The notes under the pieces are model-generated. The model had not been told where the DNA came from and searched no databases. It saw only the letters and a list, made by a program, of their open reading frames with translations. From a bacterium (lineage in GTDB: Bacteria; Hinthialibacterota; Hinthialibacteria; Hinthialibacterales; Hinthialibacteraceae), in the NCBI GenBank assembly GCA_963663405.2, contig CAXXSM010000021.1, forward strand, positions 76,519 to 140,518: 64,000 nt of DNA, written 5' to 3'. This document shows positions 53,460 to 62,783 of this stretch, one piece after another; within the stretch, counting starts at the first letter, position 1; each line of letters opens with the position of its first letter. The position numbers and the translations under genes are program-made.

Positions 53460-56400
53460 ATGAAAGTGACAAAAAACCAGTATCCTTCCATTTTGCGCCT
53501 CTTCGCGGTTGCGATGGTGTGTCTGACGTTGATCGGCGCGTTTTTCGCGGGACTGTTTCCCATCCGCAACGGCGATGATCCGTGGCGGCATCTCAAAACG
53601 GGTGAGTTTTTGTGGAACTGGTTCAGCCAGCATGGATTTACTTTCCCGGAATTCGATGTGTTTACCAGCGCCGGCGCTGGAACGCCTTGGATCAATCACG
53701 AATGGTTGTCGCAGATCCTTTTTTATGGCGCCTACCGGATGGGTGGTCTGCAGGGCGTGATTGTATTTAAATCACTGATTCTCACCGTGACAATCGGTCT
53801 TCTGATCGCGTATATGTACCGCAATGGAGTGGGATGGAAGACCGCGTGTCTCGGTTCGCTGATCGCTCTTCTGGCTTCGCAGGGATCAATCACTCTTCGC
53901 CCAGCCATATTCACGTATCTTTTTATTGTTATTTTTCTGCATATCATCCTTTCGCTGCAGTTGGATGAATATTTTAAAACCGCCTTCGTGGGGGCGATTT
54001 TCGCGGAGATCCTATGGGTGAATCTCCACGGCGGCGCGATCATCGGCATTCTGCTGATCTTCTTCTGGTGGTTGAGTGAATTGTGGTTTTGCCTGGTTAC
54101 CTGGTTGAAAGAGAATCCCACCGCTCCTTCCTTCCGCCGCTTGGGAACCGGCTCGATTGTTTTGGGGGCGGTTTTTCTGGCTTCGTTTATCAATCCATTT
54201 ACCTATCAGATTCACTGGCTCTCCTCAACCGTGATGAATGACTGGTGGCTGCTGCGCAACCTGGGAGATCTCCAACCGCCGAACATGCACTATACGAACG
54301 CCTTCGAATGCATCATCCTGGGGATCTTTATCCTGCCGATGATGCGCGCCGGTTCGATTTGGATTTACGAAGGGCTGGCGATTGTGTTTTTCGGACATTT
54401 GGCGCTCAATTTTGAATACTTTATACCCTTGTTCGCGTTGGTCGCCACGCCTCCCTTGATGGCGGCTCTTTCAGAAGAACGGAATGCGATGATTCCCTTC
54501 AAACTGGACCGGGGGATCCAGCCGGGATTTTGGGGAACGCTTTGTCATTGGGTGAAGATGGGGTTGAAATTTCACCTGGACATAATGGTTGTGTTCCTTG
54601 TGGTCGCCTATGTGTTTGGTATGAGACCGGGGAAAATCTGGCATTTGAATTACCAGGATTTTTCCTATTTCCGCTATAGCGGATATAAATCAAACATGAT
54701 TCCGGAAGAGGCCGCGGATTTTCTAGCCGAACAATTCAGCGGCCGTACTTTTTCTGGACCGATGTTCTGTGGCCCCACACTGAATCGTCACCGGTATGAT
54801 GATTTTTCAGGATATTTGACTTGGCGATTCTCACCGGAAACACTAAAACTTTTCACCGATGGCCGTTATGAATTGTGGGGGAGCCAATACGTGAAAGAGG
54901 AGAAGGGAGTCTTCGACGCGAGGACGATTCCATTGGGCGCCTATAACGCGAAAGGTCATTGGCTCGAATTCCGGGGCGAACGGGAACGGGAGGATATTCT
55001 CCCTTGGATCATTGAAGGCGCTTATCCAGAGTTGGAGAGATGGTACGCAAGCAAGAAGCCGTATTGGGAATACGTTCTCGACAAGTATGAGGCGGATTTG
55101 ATTTTCACATACGAAGGCTGCCCGATCGACCGGCTTTTACGGCAGGAATTCCGGGGGTGGTTTTCGATTTACGAAAAGAAGGGCGAGTATGTTATTTATC
55201 TGCGGGATACGCCCGGCAATATGGAGATCATCCGTGAATCCGCCTTAATCCATCGAGATCGGATTCCTGCCGTTGACAGCCCTGAAACACAACCGGATAA
55301 CGGGCGAACCAAAGAAGTTAGTACTGAGATTCTCTGGGATACATGGGGAATTCCTCATATCTTCGCGCGGAACAATGAAGAATTGTTCTATGCGTTTGGA
55401 TACGCGCAGATGCGGAGTCACGCGGATTTAATTCTCCGGCTGTATGGCCGGGCGCGCGGCCGGGCGGCGGAGTACTGGGGGGAGGACTATCTGAATAGCG
55501 ATAAATGGATTCGAATCACCGGCGTTCCTTCCCGCGCGCAGGATTGGTATAAAGCGCAGAAACCTGAATTCAAACGCTGCTTGGACGCGTTCGCGGCTGG
55601 AATCAACGCTTACGCGGCAGGCCATTTGGACCAAATCGATGACAGCGTGGAGATCGTGCTTCCCATTGAACCGACGGATATTCTGGCTCACATCCAGCAA
55701 GCGATCCATTTCACGTTTGTAACCAACGCGAATATTATATCCAATGTGGCACGGTCGAAAAACATGGAACCCGCCGGATCGAACACATGGGCGATTTCCC
55801 AAAGATTGTCGGCCAGTGGGCACGCGATGCTTCTGGCGAATCCTCATCTTCCCTGGTCCGATCTTTTTACTTGGTATGAATCTCATCTGATTTCTCCTGA
55901 TATCAACGCCTATGGCGCGGCGCTGGTGGGGACGCCGTTTTTAGGGATCGCTTTCAATGAGTATTTAGGCTGGTCGCATACCATCAACACGCATGACGGT
56001 GCCGATCTCTATGGGCTTGTTCTCGTAGGTAATGGGTATCGATGGGACGGCGGTACCCGCCCATTAGTGAATAAAGAGCATCTTTTGAAAGTCAAGCAAA
56101 AAGATGGAACGTTTCGTGAGGAGACCTTCACAGTACGCAGTTCCATTCATGGTCCCATCATCGCCATGAAAGACCGGCATGCGATCGCTTTGCGGGTTGT
56201 TGGTTTGGATCGCCCTCACCTGACGGAACAGTATTGGGCGATGGCGCGCGCCCAAAACCTCGATCAGTTCCAAACCGCGTTGAAAATGATGCAAATGCCA
56301 ATGTTTACCGTGATGTACGCCGACCGGGATGGGCGCATCATGCACTTGTTCGGTGGATTGACCCCCGTCCGGACAATCGGGGATTGGAATTGGGATGATG

Positions 56401-57314
56401 TGGCGCCAGGGAGTACTTCCGAAACCTTATGGACAAAATATCATTCCTACACGGAATTACCCCGCGCGATTGATCCACAGAGCGGCTGGCTGCAAAACGC
56501 GAACGACCCTCCCTGGACGACGACCTTTCCACTCGTTTTGAATCCGACCGATTTTCCATCTTATATGGCGCCTCGTGGGATGAGTCTGCGGGCGCAGCGG
56601 TCCGCGAAACTGTTGGATGAAGATCAATCGATTACGTTTCGAGAAGCGCTGGAATACAAACATTCGACCCGGATGGAATTGGCGGACCGGATTCTTGATG
56701 AATTGACCGCGGCGGCGCGGCAGAGCGATGACACGCTGGCGCAGGAGGCGGCGGATGTACTCGAAGCCTGGGACCGGACCGCCGATACGGACAGCCGGGG
56801 TGGCGTTCTGTTTAAAGCCTTCTATCACGAATGGCGGAAACAGGATCATTTATTCGCGGAATCCTGGATAGAAAGCAAACCTCGTGTGACACCCAGCGGT
56901 TTGGCGGACAAAGACAGCGCAGTGGAGGCGTTGATTGCCGCCGCGAAGGAAGTAAAACGCCGCTATGGAGCGCTGGATGTGCCCTGGGGAGAGGTTCACC
57001 GCCTGCGCCGGGATGACGTCGATCTACCTGCGAACGGGGGGAGCGGTTCATTGGGGATTTTCCGCGTGACAGGATACCGGGAAGCGGCCGATGGATGTTT
57101 CGTAGCGGCGAGTGGAGATTCCTACGTCGCGCTTACGGAATTCGACAATCCCGTCCGCGCAAAAGCGCTGACCGTCTATGGAAACGCCTCCCAACCCGGC
57201 TCACCTCATAGAATCGACCAGATGGAACTCTTCTCCAAGAAACAACTGCGCGATGTCTGGCTGACGCGGGAAGAGATCGAGGCGCATCTGGAAAAAAAGG
57301 AGATAATGTACTAA
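53460..57314 (+). CDS. Fusion of a polytopic membrane protein (GT-C-like) and a penicillin/cephalosporin acylase-family Ntn hydrolase
   Basis: N-half has many TMs with DPWRHL, NHEWL and WVNLHGG; C-half has WDTWGIPHI, GSNTWA, LANPHLPW and QNAND. Confidence 0.75.
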   Translation: MKVTKNQYPSILRLFAVAMVCLTLIGAFFAGLFPIRNGDDPWRHLKTGEFLWNWFSQHGFTFPEFDVFTSAGAGTPWINHEWLSQILFYGAYRMGGLQGVIVFKSLILTVTIGLLIAYMYRNGVGWKTACLGSLIALLASQGSITLRPAIFTYLFIVIFLHIILSLQLDEYFKTAFVGAIFAEILWVNLHGGAIIGILLIFFWWLSELWFCLVTWLKENPTAPSFRRLGTGSIVLGAVFLASFINPFTYQIHWLSSTVMNDWWLLRNLGDLQPPNMHYTNAFECIILGIFILPMMRAGSIWIYEGLAIVFFGHLALNFEYFIPLFALVATPPLMAALSEERNAMIPFKLDRGIQPGFWGTLCHWVKMGLKFHLDIMVVFLVVAYVFGMRPGKIWHLNYQDFSYFRYSGYKSNMIPEEAADFLAEQFSGRTFSGPMFCGPTLNRHRYDDFSGYLTWRFSPETLKLFTDGRYELWGSQYVKEEKGVFDARTIPLGAYNAKGHWLEFRGEREREDILPWIIEGAYPELERWYASKKPYWEYVLDKYEADLIFTYEGCPIDRLLRQEFRGWFSIYEKKGEYVIYLRDTPGNMEIIRESALIHRDRIPAVDSPETQPDNGRTKEVSTEILWDTWGIPHIFARNNEELFYAFGYAQMRSHADLILRLYGRARGRAAEYWGEDYLNSDKWIRITGVPSRAQDWYKAQKPEFKRCLDAFAAGINAYAAGHLDQIDDSVEIVLPIEPTDILAHIQQAIHFTFVTNANIISNVARSKNMEPAGSNTWAISQRLSASGHAMLLANPHLPWSDLFTWYESHLISPDINAYGAALVGTPFLGIAFNEYLGWSHTINTHDGADLYGLVLVGNGYRWDGGTRPLVNKEHLLKVKQKDGTFREETFTVRSSIHGPIIAMKDRHAIALRVVGLDRPHLTEQYWAMARAQNLDQFQTALKMMQMPMFTVMYADRDGRIMHLFGGLTPVRTIGDWNWDDVAPGSTSETLWTKYHSYTELPRAIDPQSGWLQNANDPPWTTTFPLVLNPTDFPSYMAPRGMSLRAQRSAKLLDEDQSITFREALEYKHSTRMELADRILDELTAAARQSDDTLAQEAADVLEAWDRTADTDSRGGVLFKAFYHEWRKQDHLFAESWIESKPRVTPSGLADKDSAVEALIAAAKEVKRRYGALDVPWGEVHRLRRDDVDLPANGGSGSLGIFRVTGYREAADGCFVAASGDSYVALTEFDNPVRAKALTVYGNASQPGSPHRIDQMELFSKKQLRDVWLTREEIEAHLEKKEIMY

Positions 57315-57371
57315 GGGGAGGGGAAAGTGGTTCTCTTTTCTAGAGGAACATATACCGAAATCCCTAATCTT

Positions 57372-57659
57372 TTATAAATTAAGCGCTTTCAATGCAGCTT
57401 CGGCGTCATAAGAAATAATACGCAGTAAAGCCTGGGCCGGACCTTGCGGAACTCGTTGCCCCTGCTCCCATTGCCTGAGTGTGGATAGAGGAATAGAAAA
57501 AGATTCGGAAAACTCTTTTTGTGTCATTTTCATTCGTTTGCGAATTTCAGCTACGTTTATAGTAGAATATTTCTTTACTCGAGCGCCTGTTTTCTCACCT
57601 TTTTTCCAGGCGAGGGCTTCTTCGGCTCCTTTTTTAATGGAATCAAAATATTCACTCAT
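57372..57659 (-). CDS. HigA-like XRE HTH antitoxin
   Basis: MTQKEFS...TLRQWEQG.RVPQGPA motif. Confidence 0.88.
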   Translation of the reverse strand: MSEYFDSIKKGAEEALAWKKGEKTGARVKKYSTINVAEIRKRMKMTQKEFSESFSIPLSTLRQWEQGQRVPQGPAQALLRIISYDAEAALKALNL

Positions 57660-58000
57660 CTTTTTTCACCTTTAAGGAGAGCGGCAATTTTTGCAAGCTC
57701 ATTTCTCTCAGCCTTTGTCAGGTTTTCTTTCTCTGATTTTTCAAAAATATCAACCAAATGTATCTGCCCATCATGTGCTATAAAGAGATGAATAACACGC
57801 AGACCACAGCTTTTTCCTTTTCCTTTTACCCCAGCATAGCGGAATTTACGAAAACCACCTGTCCCGCGCATTATTTCACCGATCTTTGGATTCGCTGCTA
57901 CTATATCGGCTATTTCTTCTATTTGATCTTGCGTCAGTAGATTTTCGGCTTTCTTCAAATAATATGAGTGCTCAACAACAGTAAACCATCTATTTTTCAT
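57656..58000 (-). CDS. RelE/HigB-family toxin
   Basis: GTGGFRKFRY..KGKSCGLRVI..KSEKENLT; overlaps the antitoxin start (toxin-first order). Confidence 0.88.
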   Translation of the reverse strand: MKNRWFTVVEHSYYLKKAENLLTQDQIEEIADIVAANPKIGEIMRGTGGFRKFRYAGVKGKGKSCGLRVIHLFIAHDGQIHLVDIFEKSEKENLTKAERNELAKIAALLKGEKR

Positions 58001-58593
58001 TATTAATTATACCTCAATGGAGTAGTTAAGCGCAAGAGAAATAATAATTCAATAAGGCGCAATTTTTGAGAATATGGATTGATGGGGGAACAAGTGGCGC
58101 CGTTCCACAAGCCGCAGAACTTGAATCTTTGATATTATCTGTAAACCCAACGTTATCGCTCCATCGAGTAGCGTCGACTATCAGATTTTAGGATCGTACA
58201 TCCATTCAGATGCCTTGAGCGATGCGATTTAAATCCTATGTCCTTTCCTCCTGTCTTCCTTGTCTCATTTCTCATTAAGAAATGAGACATATCCTCCTTG
58301 AAATCCTTTACACTTTTCAGTTAGAAGGTTTAATTGATGTATATAAATGTAATTAATTGTATTTAAATGTAAATATTATATTTAATGAGTATATTTTTAT
58401 GACTTAATTCAATTATGTTTATAAATTTCTCCATAAATTCTGAAATCCCTAAAAATAGAACCTGCTGAAATTATCCAATTCCTTCATTTCATTAAAGATA
58501 GGGAATATTATCCAATTCCTTTTCCATTCTTGGCTTATATATTGCTTTTATTTGTCATATATGTAAAACATTTGTTTTGTGTGATGTGTTTCT

Positions 58594-59031
58594 ATGAATC
58601 TGTTGATCCGAAGAGATTTCCTATCATCCATTGCGGCCTCCGCGGCGGTTATGAGTATGTCTCCGCAATCTATTCTTGCGGCTTCGTTTAGACGAGGAAG
58701 GAGTGTCACGTTGAACGAACTGAGCCTAACGCATTTTCAAGATAGTTTGAATACGAAGTTCCGTCTTCACTTGGAAGATTCATCTTTTTGTGAATTGGAT
58801 TTAGTTGAGGTGAAAGAACAGGAAGTGAAGTGTGGTTTTTCACAGGGATCAGAGGTATATGAGTGCTTTTCCCTCTTGTTCCAAGGTTCCAACGAACCGG
58901 TTTTGGAGCAGAACACATACACAATCGATCATGCGGATTTAGGAACGTTCATCCTCTTTCTCGTTCCGGTCATATCCATTAATGGGGGCGTTCAGTATGA
59001 GGCTGTTTTCACTCGTCCCTGCATTCATTAG
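58594..59031 (+). CDS. DUF6916-like protein with twin-arginine-like N-terminal extension
   Basis: IRRDFLSSIAASAAV; FSLLFQG, LEQNTY, FLVPV and YEAVF motifs. Confidence 0.75.
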   Translation: MNLLIRRDFLSSIAASAAVMSMSPQSILAASFRRGRSVTLNELSLTHFQDSLNTKFRLHLEDSSFCELDLVEVKEQEVKCGFSQGSEVYECFSLLFQGSNEPVLEQNTYTIDHADLGTFILFLVPVISINGGVQYEAVFTRPCIH

Positions 59032-59064
59032 TGAAATCATTTGAAATGAGAAAGGAAAAAGAAA

Positions 59065-59586
59065 ATGTCCGCAAATCCCTTTATTGGTCAAATCATCATG
59101 TTTGGCGGTAATTTCGCTCCTCGAGACTGGGCGCTTTGTAATGGGCAGCTGCTGTCGATCGCATCGAATACGGCCTTGTTTTCTATTCTTGGCACTACAT
59201 TCGGCGGTGACGGCCGAACTACGTTCGCTTTGCCGGATCTGCGCGGCCGGGTTCCGGTTCATTCAGGTAGTAGTACGGGGCCCGGATTATCCCCCAGGCC
59301 TCTCGGTCAAAAAGCGGGATCTGAAACGGTAACACTGACAGCCGATCAAATCCCTCCTCATTCGCATCAATTAAGAGCCAATTCAGGTCGGGCCGATTCC
59401 ACAGATCCTTCGAACGCCACAATCGCGAAGGCGAATGAGGATACCTATAACAGTGGTAATTCGGATGTCATGATGAAAGGGAATACAGCGAACACTGGAG
59501 GCGGTCAAGCGCATAACAACATGCAGCCTTATCAGTGTGTTAATTTCATCATCGCGCTGGTGGGAGTCTATCCCTCTCGGTCTTAA
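59065..59586 (+). CDS. Phage tail-collar domain protein (MdpB-like), copy 1
   Basis: FGGNFAPRDWALCNGQ, GGDGRTTFALPDLRGR and HNNMQPY motifs. Confidence 0.92.
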   Translation: MSANPFIGQIIMFGGNFAPRDWALCNGQLLSIASNTALFSILGTTFGGDGRTTFALPDLRGRVPVHSGSSTGPGLSPRPLGQKAGSETVTLTADQIPPHSHQLRANSGRADSTDPSNATIAKANEDTYNSGNSDVMMKGNTANTGGGQAHNNMQPYQCVNFIIALVGVYPSRS

Positions 59587-59641
59587 TTATTTAAGAAATA
59601 CAAATAACTGAAAATTTGGAAAATTTGAAAGGAATAGAAAA

Positions 59642-60151
59642 ATGGATCCTTTTATTGCTGAAATCGTAATGTTTGGTGGCAATTTCGCTCCTCGTGGCTG
59701 GGCGTTTTGCGATGGGCAGTTATTACCGATCGCTCAAAATACAGCGTTGTTTTCACTCATCGGAACCTTCTATGGAGGGGATGGCCGGACGACGTTCGCT
59801 CTGCCGGATTTGCGGGGCCGCGTTCCGGTTCATCCGGGGCATGGTCCTGGTTTGACTTCGAGAACTCTTGGTGAAAGAGGCGGGACAGAAACAGAAACAC
59901 TCACCGCCAATCAAATCCCTCCTCATTCGCATTTGTTACGGGCCAATTCCGGCCGGGCGGATTCCACAGATCCTTCGAACGCGACAATTGCGAAAGCGAA
60001 TGAGGACACTTATAACGAGAACAACACGGATGTGAATATGAAGGGTGACACAGCGAACGCGGGAGGCGGTCAGGCGCACAATAACATGCAACCTTACCTA
60101 TGCGTCAACTTCATCATTGCGTTGCAGGGAGTTTTCCCCTCTAGAAGTTAA
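59642..60151 (+). CDS. Phage tail-collar domain protein (MdpB-like), copy 2
   Basis: Same motifs as copy 1 with a near-identical central segment. Confidence 0.92.
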   Translation: MDPFIAEIVMFGGNFAPRGWAFCDGQLLPIAQNTALFSLIGTFYGGDGRTTFALPDLRGRVPVHPGHGPGLTSRTLGERGGTETETLTANQIPPHSHLLRANSGRADSTDPSNATIAKANEDTYNENNTDVNMKGDTANAGGGQAHNNMQPYLCVNFIIALQGVFPSRS

Positions 60152-60213
60152 CTCTTCACTGAAAGTCATTGAGAAAGATTTTGCTTTAAACCTATTAAGG
60201 AAGGTCAAGGACA

Positions 60214-62704
60214 ATGAAAAATAGTAATCGATTGAGACATATTTTGAGACATGTTTCGACTCAACTGGTTAGACAATTTAATAAAATCGGCGGATTCCTT
60301 TTGGCTTCGATTCTTTTATTCTCCGGAAGTCTTACTTGGGGAAACGAGATTCAGGTCAATTCGACGCTGACGGATGATCAGGAACATCCCGCTGTGGCGA
60401 TCGATGCGGATGGGAATTTCGTAGTCGTGTGGCATAGTAATAACAACAGTGGTCCCGATACAGATGAAAATGGTGTCTTTGGACGGCGGTATGATCGTTT
60501 GGGCAATCCATATGGTCCGGAATTCCTGGTGAATACCATCACGGCTGACGATCAGCAAAACGCGGAAGTGGCGATCAACCAATCCAACGGTGATTTTGTC
60601 GTTGTTTGGGAGAGCAAATCGGCTGGTACCAGCTATGATATTTACGCGCAGCGTTACAATTCCAGCGGAGTTCCGCAATTTTCGCCTCCCATTCTCGTTA
60701 ACTCAATCACGGCTGATTTTCAACGATATCCCGTCGTCGCGGTTGCCAATTCGGGTGATTTTGTCGTCGCCTGGCAAGGGGATTATTCCACAAATGGATA
60801 CGATATCTTTTTCCGCCGTTTTAACTCCGCGGGAATTCCTCTTTTAACAGGCGGCTCTACAAATGATGTGAACGTGACCAATGCGCCGGGAGAACAGCAG
60901 GATCCCCAGATCGCGATGAGCGCGAGTGGTGGTTTTGTTATTGTCTGGGAAGATACATCGGGTACGGATGATATCTATTTTAGACGTTTCAATCCTGTTG
61001 GAGTCCCATTGGGGCCTACCCCCATCTATCGTGAACGCAACGATTCCAAATAATCAACGTGATCCCCAGATCGCGATCAATACCAGTGGCGCGTTTGTTG
61101 TTGTTTGGGAAAGCGATGTCAGCGGTACTGGAGATTACAAACCGATTGCGCGCCGATTTAATTCTGGGGGTGTCGCCAATGGTGGAGAGATCGATGTTTT
61201 AGCTTCCACTGGTATCCTCGTTGGAAACAATCCCGTGATTATCTTGAATCCATCCGGCGGTGAATTTTTGGTGGCTTGGGAAAGTCCGGATTCGAGTAAC
61301 GATGGGATTTATTCCCGTATCTTTGATAGCAGCGGCTCTCCGGTGACTGGCGCTGTTCTCGTGAATGAAACGGAAACAAATGATCAAAGCAATCCTGCAT
61401 CCGCCATCGGCTCGAATGGTGATATTGTCCTTGCTTGGGATGGAGCGCAGACTGGTGACGTGGACGTCTACGCTTTTTCACAAGAGTTTTATGATTTTGG
61501 GGACGCCCCATATGATGGCGGCGCCTATCAATATCCAACGCTTTTAGCGAATAATGGAGCGCGTCACCTTCTCAATAGCGCCGCTGTGTATCTCGGCTTA
61601 AGTGTGGATTCAGAATCCGATGGAAATCCTTCTGTCGGCGCCGTTCTGGATGACGCATCGGTTGGAAACCTGGTTCTCGGCAGTCCTGTGGGCAATGATG
61701 ATGAAGATGGAGTAACGTTCACATCACCTCTCTATCTGGGACTTCCGGCGCCGGTTGATGTGATTGCGAGCGCAAATTGTATATTATTCGTATGGATTGA
61801 CTTCAACGCGGATGGCGATTGGAAGGATGCAGGAGAGAATCTGTATCCCGCAGGGATTGCCCTTACCACCGGAAGTAACGCGCTGAATCTGTCGATTCCA
61901 CCATCAGCTACAACTGGACCAACTTATGCGCGGTTCCGGTGCACAACACAAGCTGTTGTTTTATCGGATGAGGGATTGGCGCCGGATGGTGAGGTCGAAG
62001 ATTACCGGGTGGAAATCGTTCCCGTTCCAAAAGAATATATGGTGAACGGCGACGGCTCCGGCGGTGGAAGTGGAAAATATTGGCCCGGTGTCAGCGGGTA
62101 TTTTGACGCCCGGTTTCTACCGGCGTCGATAGCCGGTAATAGTGATACCTATCCGGCTTGGTGCGCGGATGAAGATACCTTCATCAAACTGGCTTATTGG
62201 TATAACGATGTGGATGCGTTTTCTTCGCTTGACTTCTCCAATAGCTGCGCGCCCTTAGTGAACGTCGGAAATCCCGCGAATCTGCCATTGGTCAATTATT
62301 TATTAGCTGTCTATCGTTCAAATACTGTTTTTGATAATATCTCCTATATTGACGCAGGTGGAAATCTGCAAATCGGTATCGCCACGAATAATGAGATCCA
62401 AGCGGTCATCTGGCGGTTGCTTTTCAATGGCGTCCCGTCACTGGGTGTATTGCCTCCATCTTCCGATCCAAATCTCGTTAGTGGAGGAGGGATTTATTGG
62501 AACGAAGGGATTGCTGACGCAATTTATGATTTCGTCATCACGACTGGTCCTATTGTTTCTATACCGTACAATATAGATCCGAATCTTCCTATCGTCGTCA
62601 TTATCGATACACGCGATCAAGTGAATTTACTGGAAATCCCCTATTGGTTATACCGAATTCTCGTCGATTGGGGAATTGTGACTGTATGTATAACTCCTCC
62701 TTAA
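60214..62704 (+). CDS. Large secreted adhesin-like protein with beta-repeats, GEVED domain and putative thioester domain; frameshift near 61025
   Basis: Signal peptide; repeated P.VA..G.FVVVW..IF.RRF; DFGDAP, WIDFN and GEVEDY; WCADED...IQAVIW. Confidence 0.7.
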
Positions 62705-62726
62705 ACCATATCCGTAATAGTTAACT

Positions 62727-62767
62727 ATCCGGGGGGAACTCGCCTCTTCCCCCCGGATTTTTTTTTT
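62727..62767 (+). terminator. Intrinsic terminator
   Basis: ATCCGGGGGGAA...TTCCCCCCGGAT followed by a long T-run. Confidence 0.8.
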
Positions 62768-62783
62768 GAATTATATTTTTGAA

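Noticed and set aside
59065-60151. Prophage or tailocin
   Set aside because: There are no capsid, sheath, tube, baseplate, terminase or integrase genes nearby.
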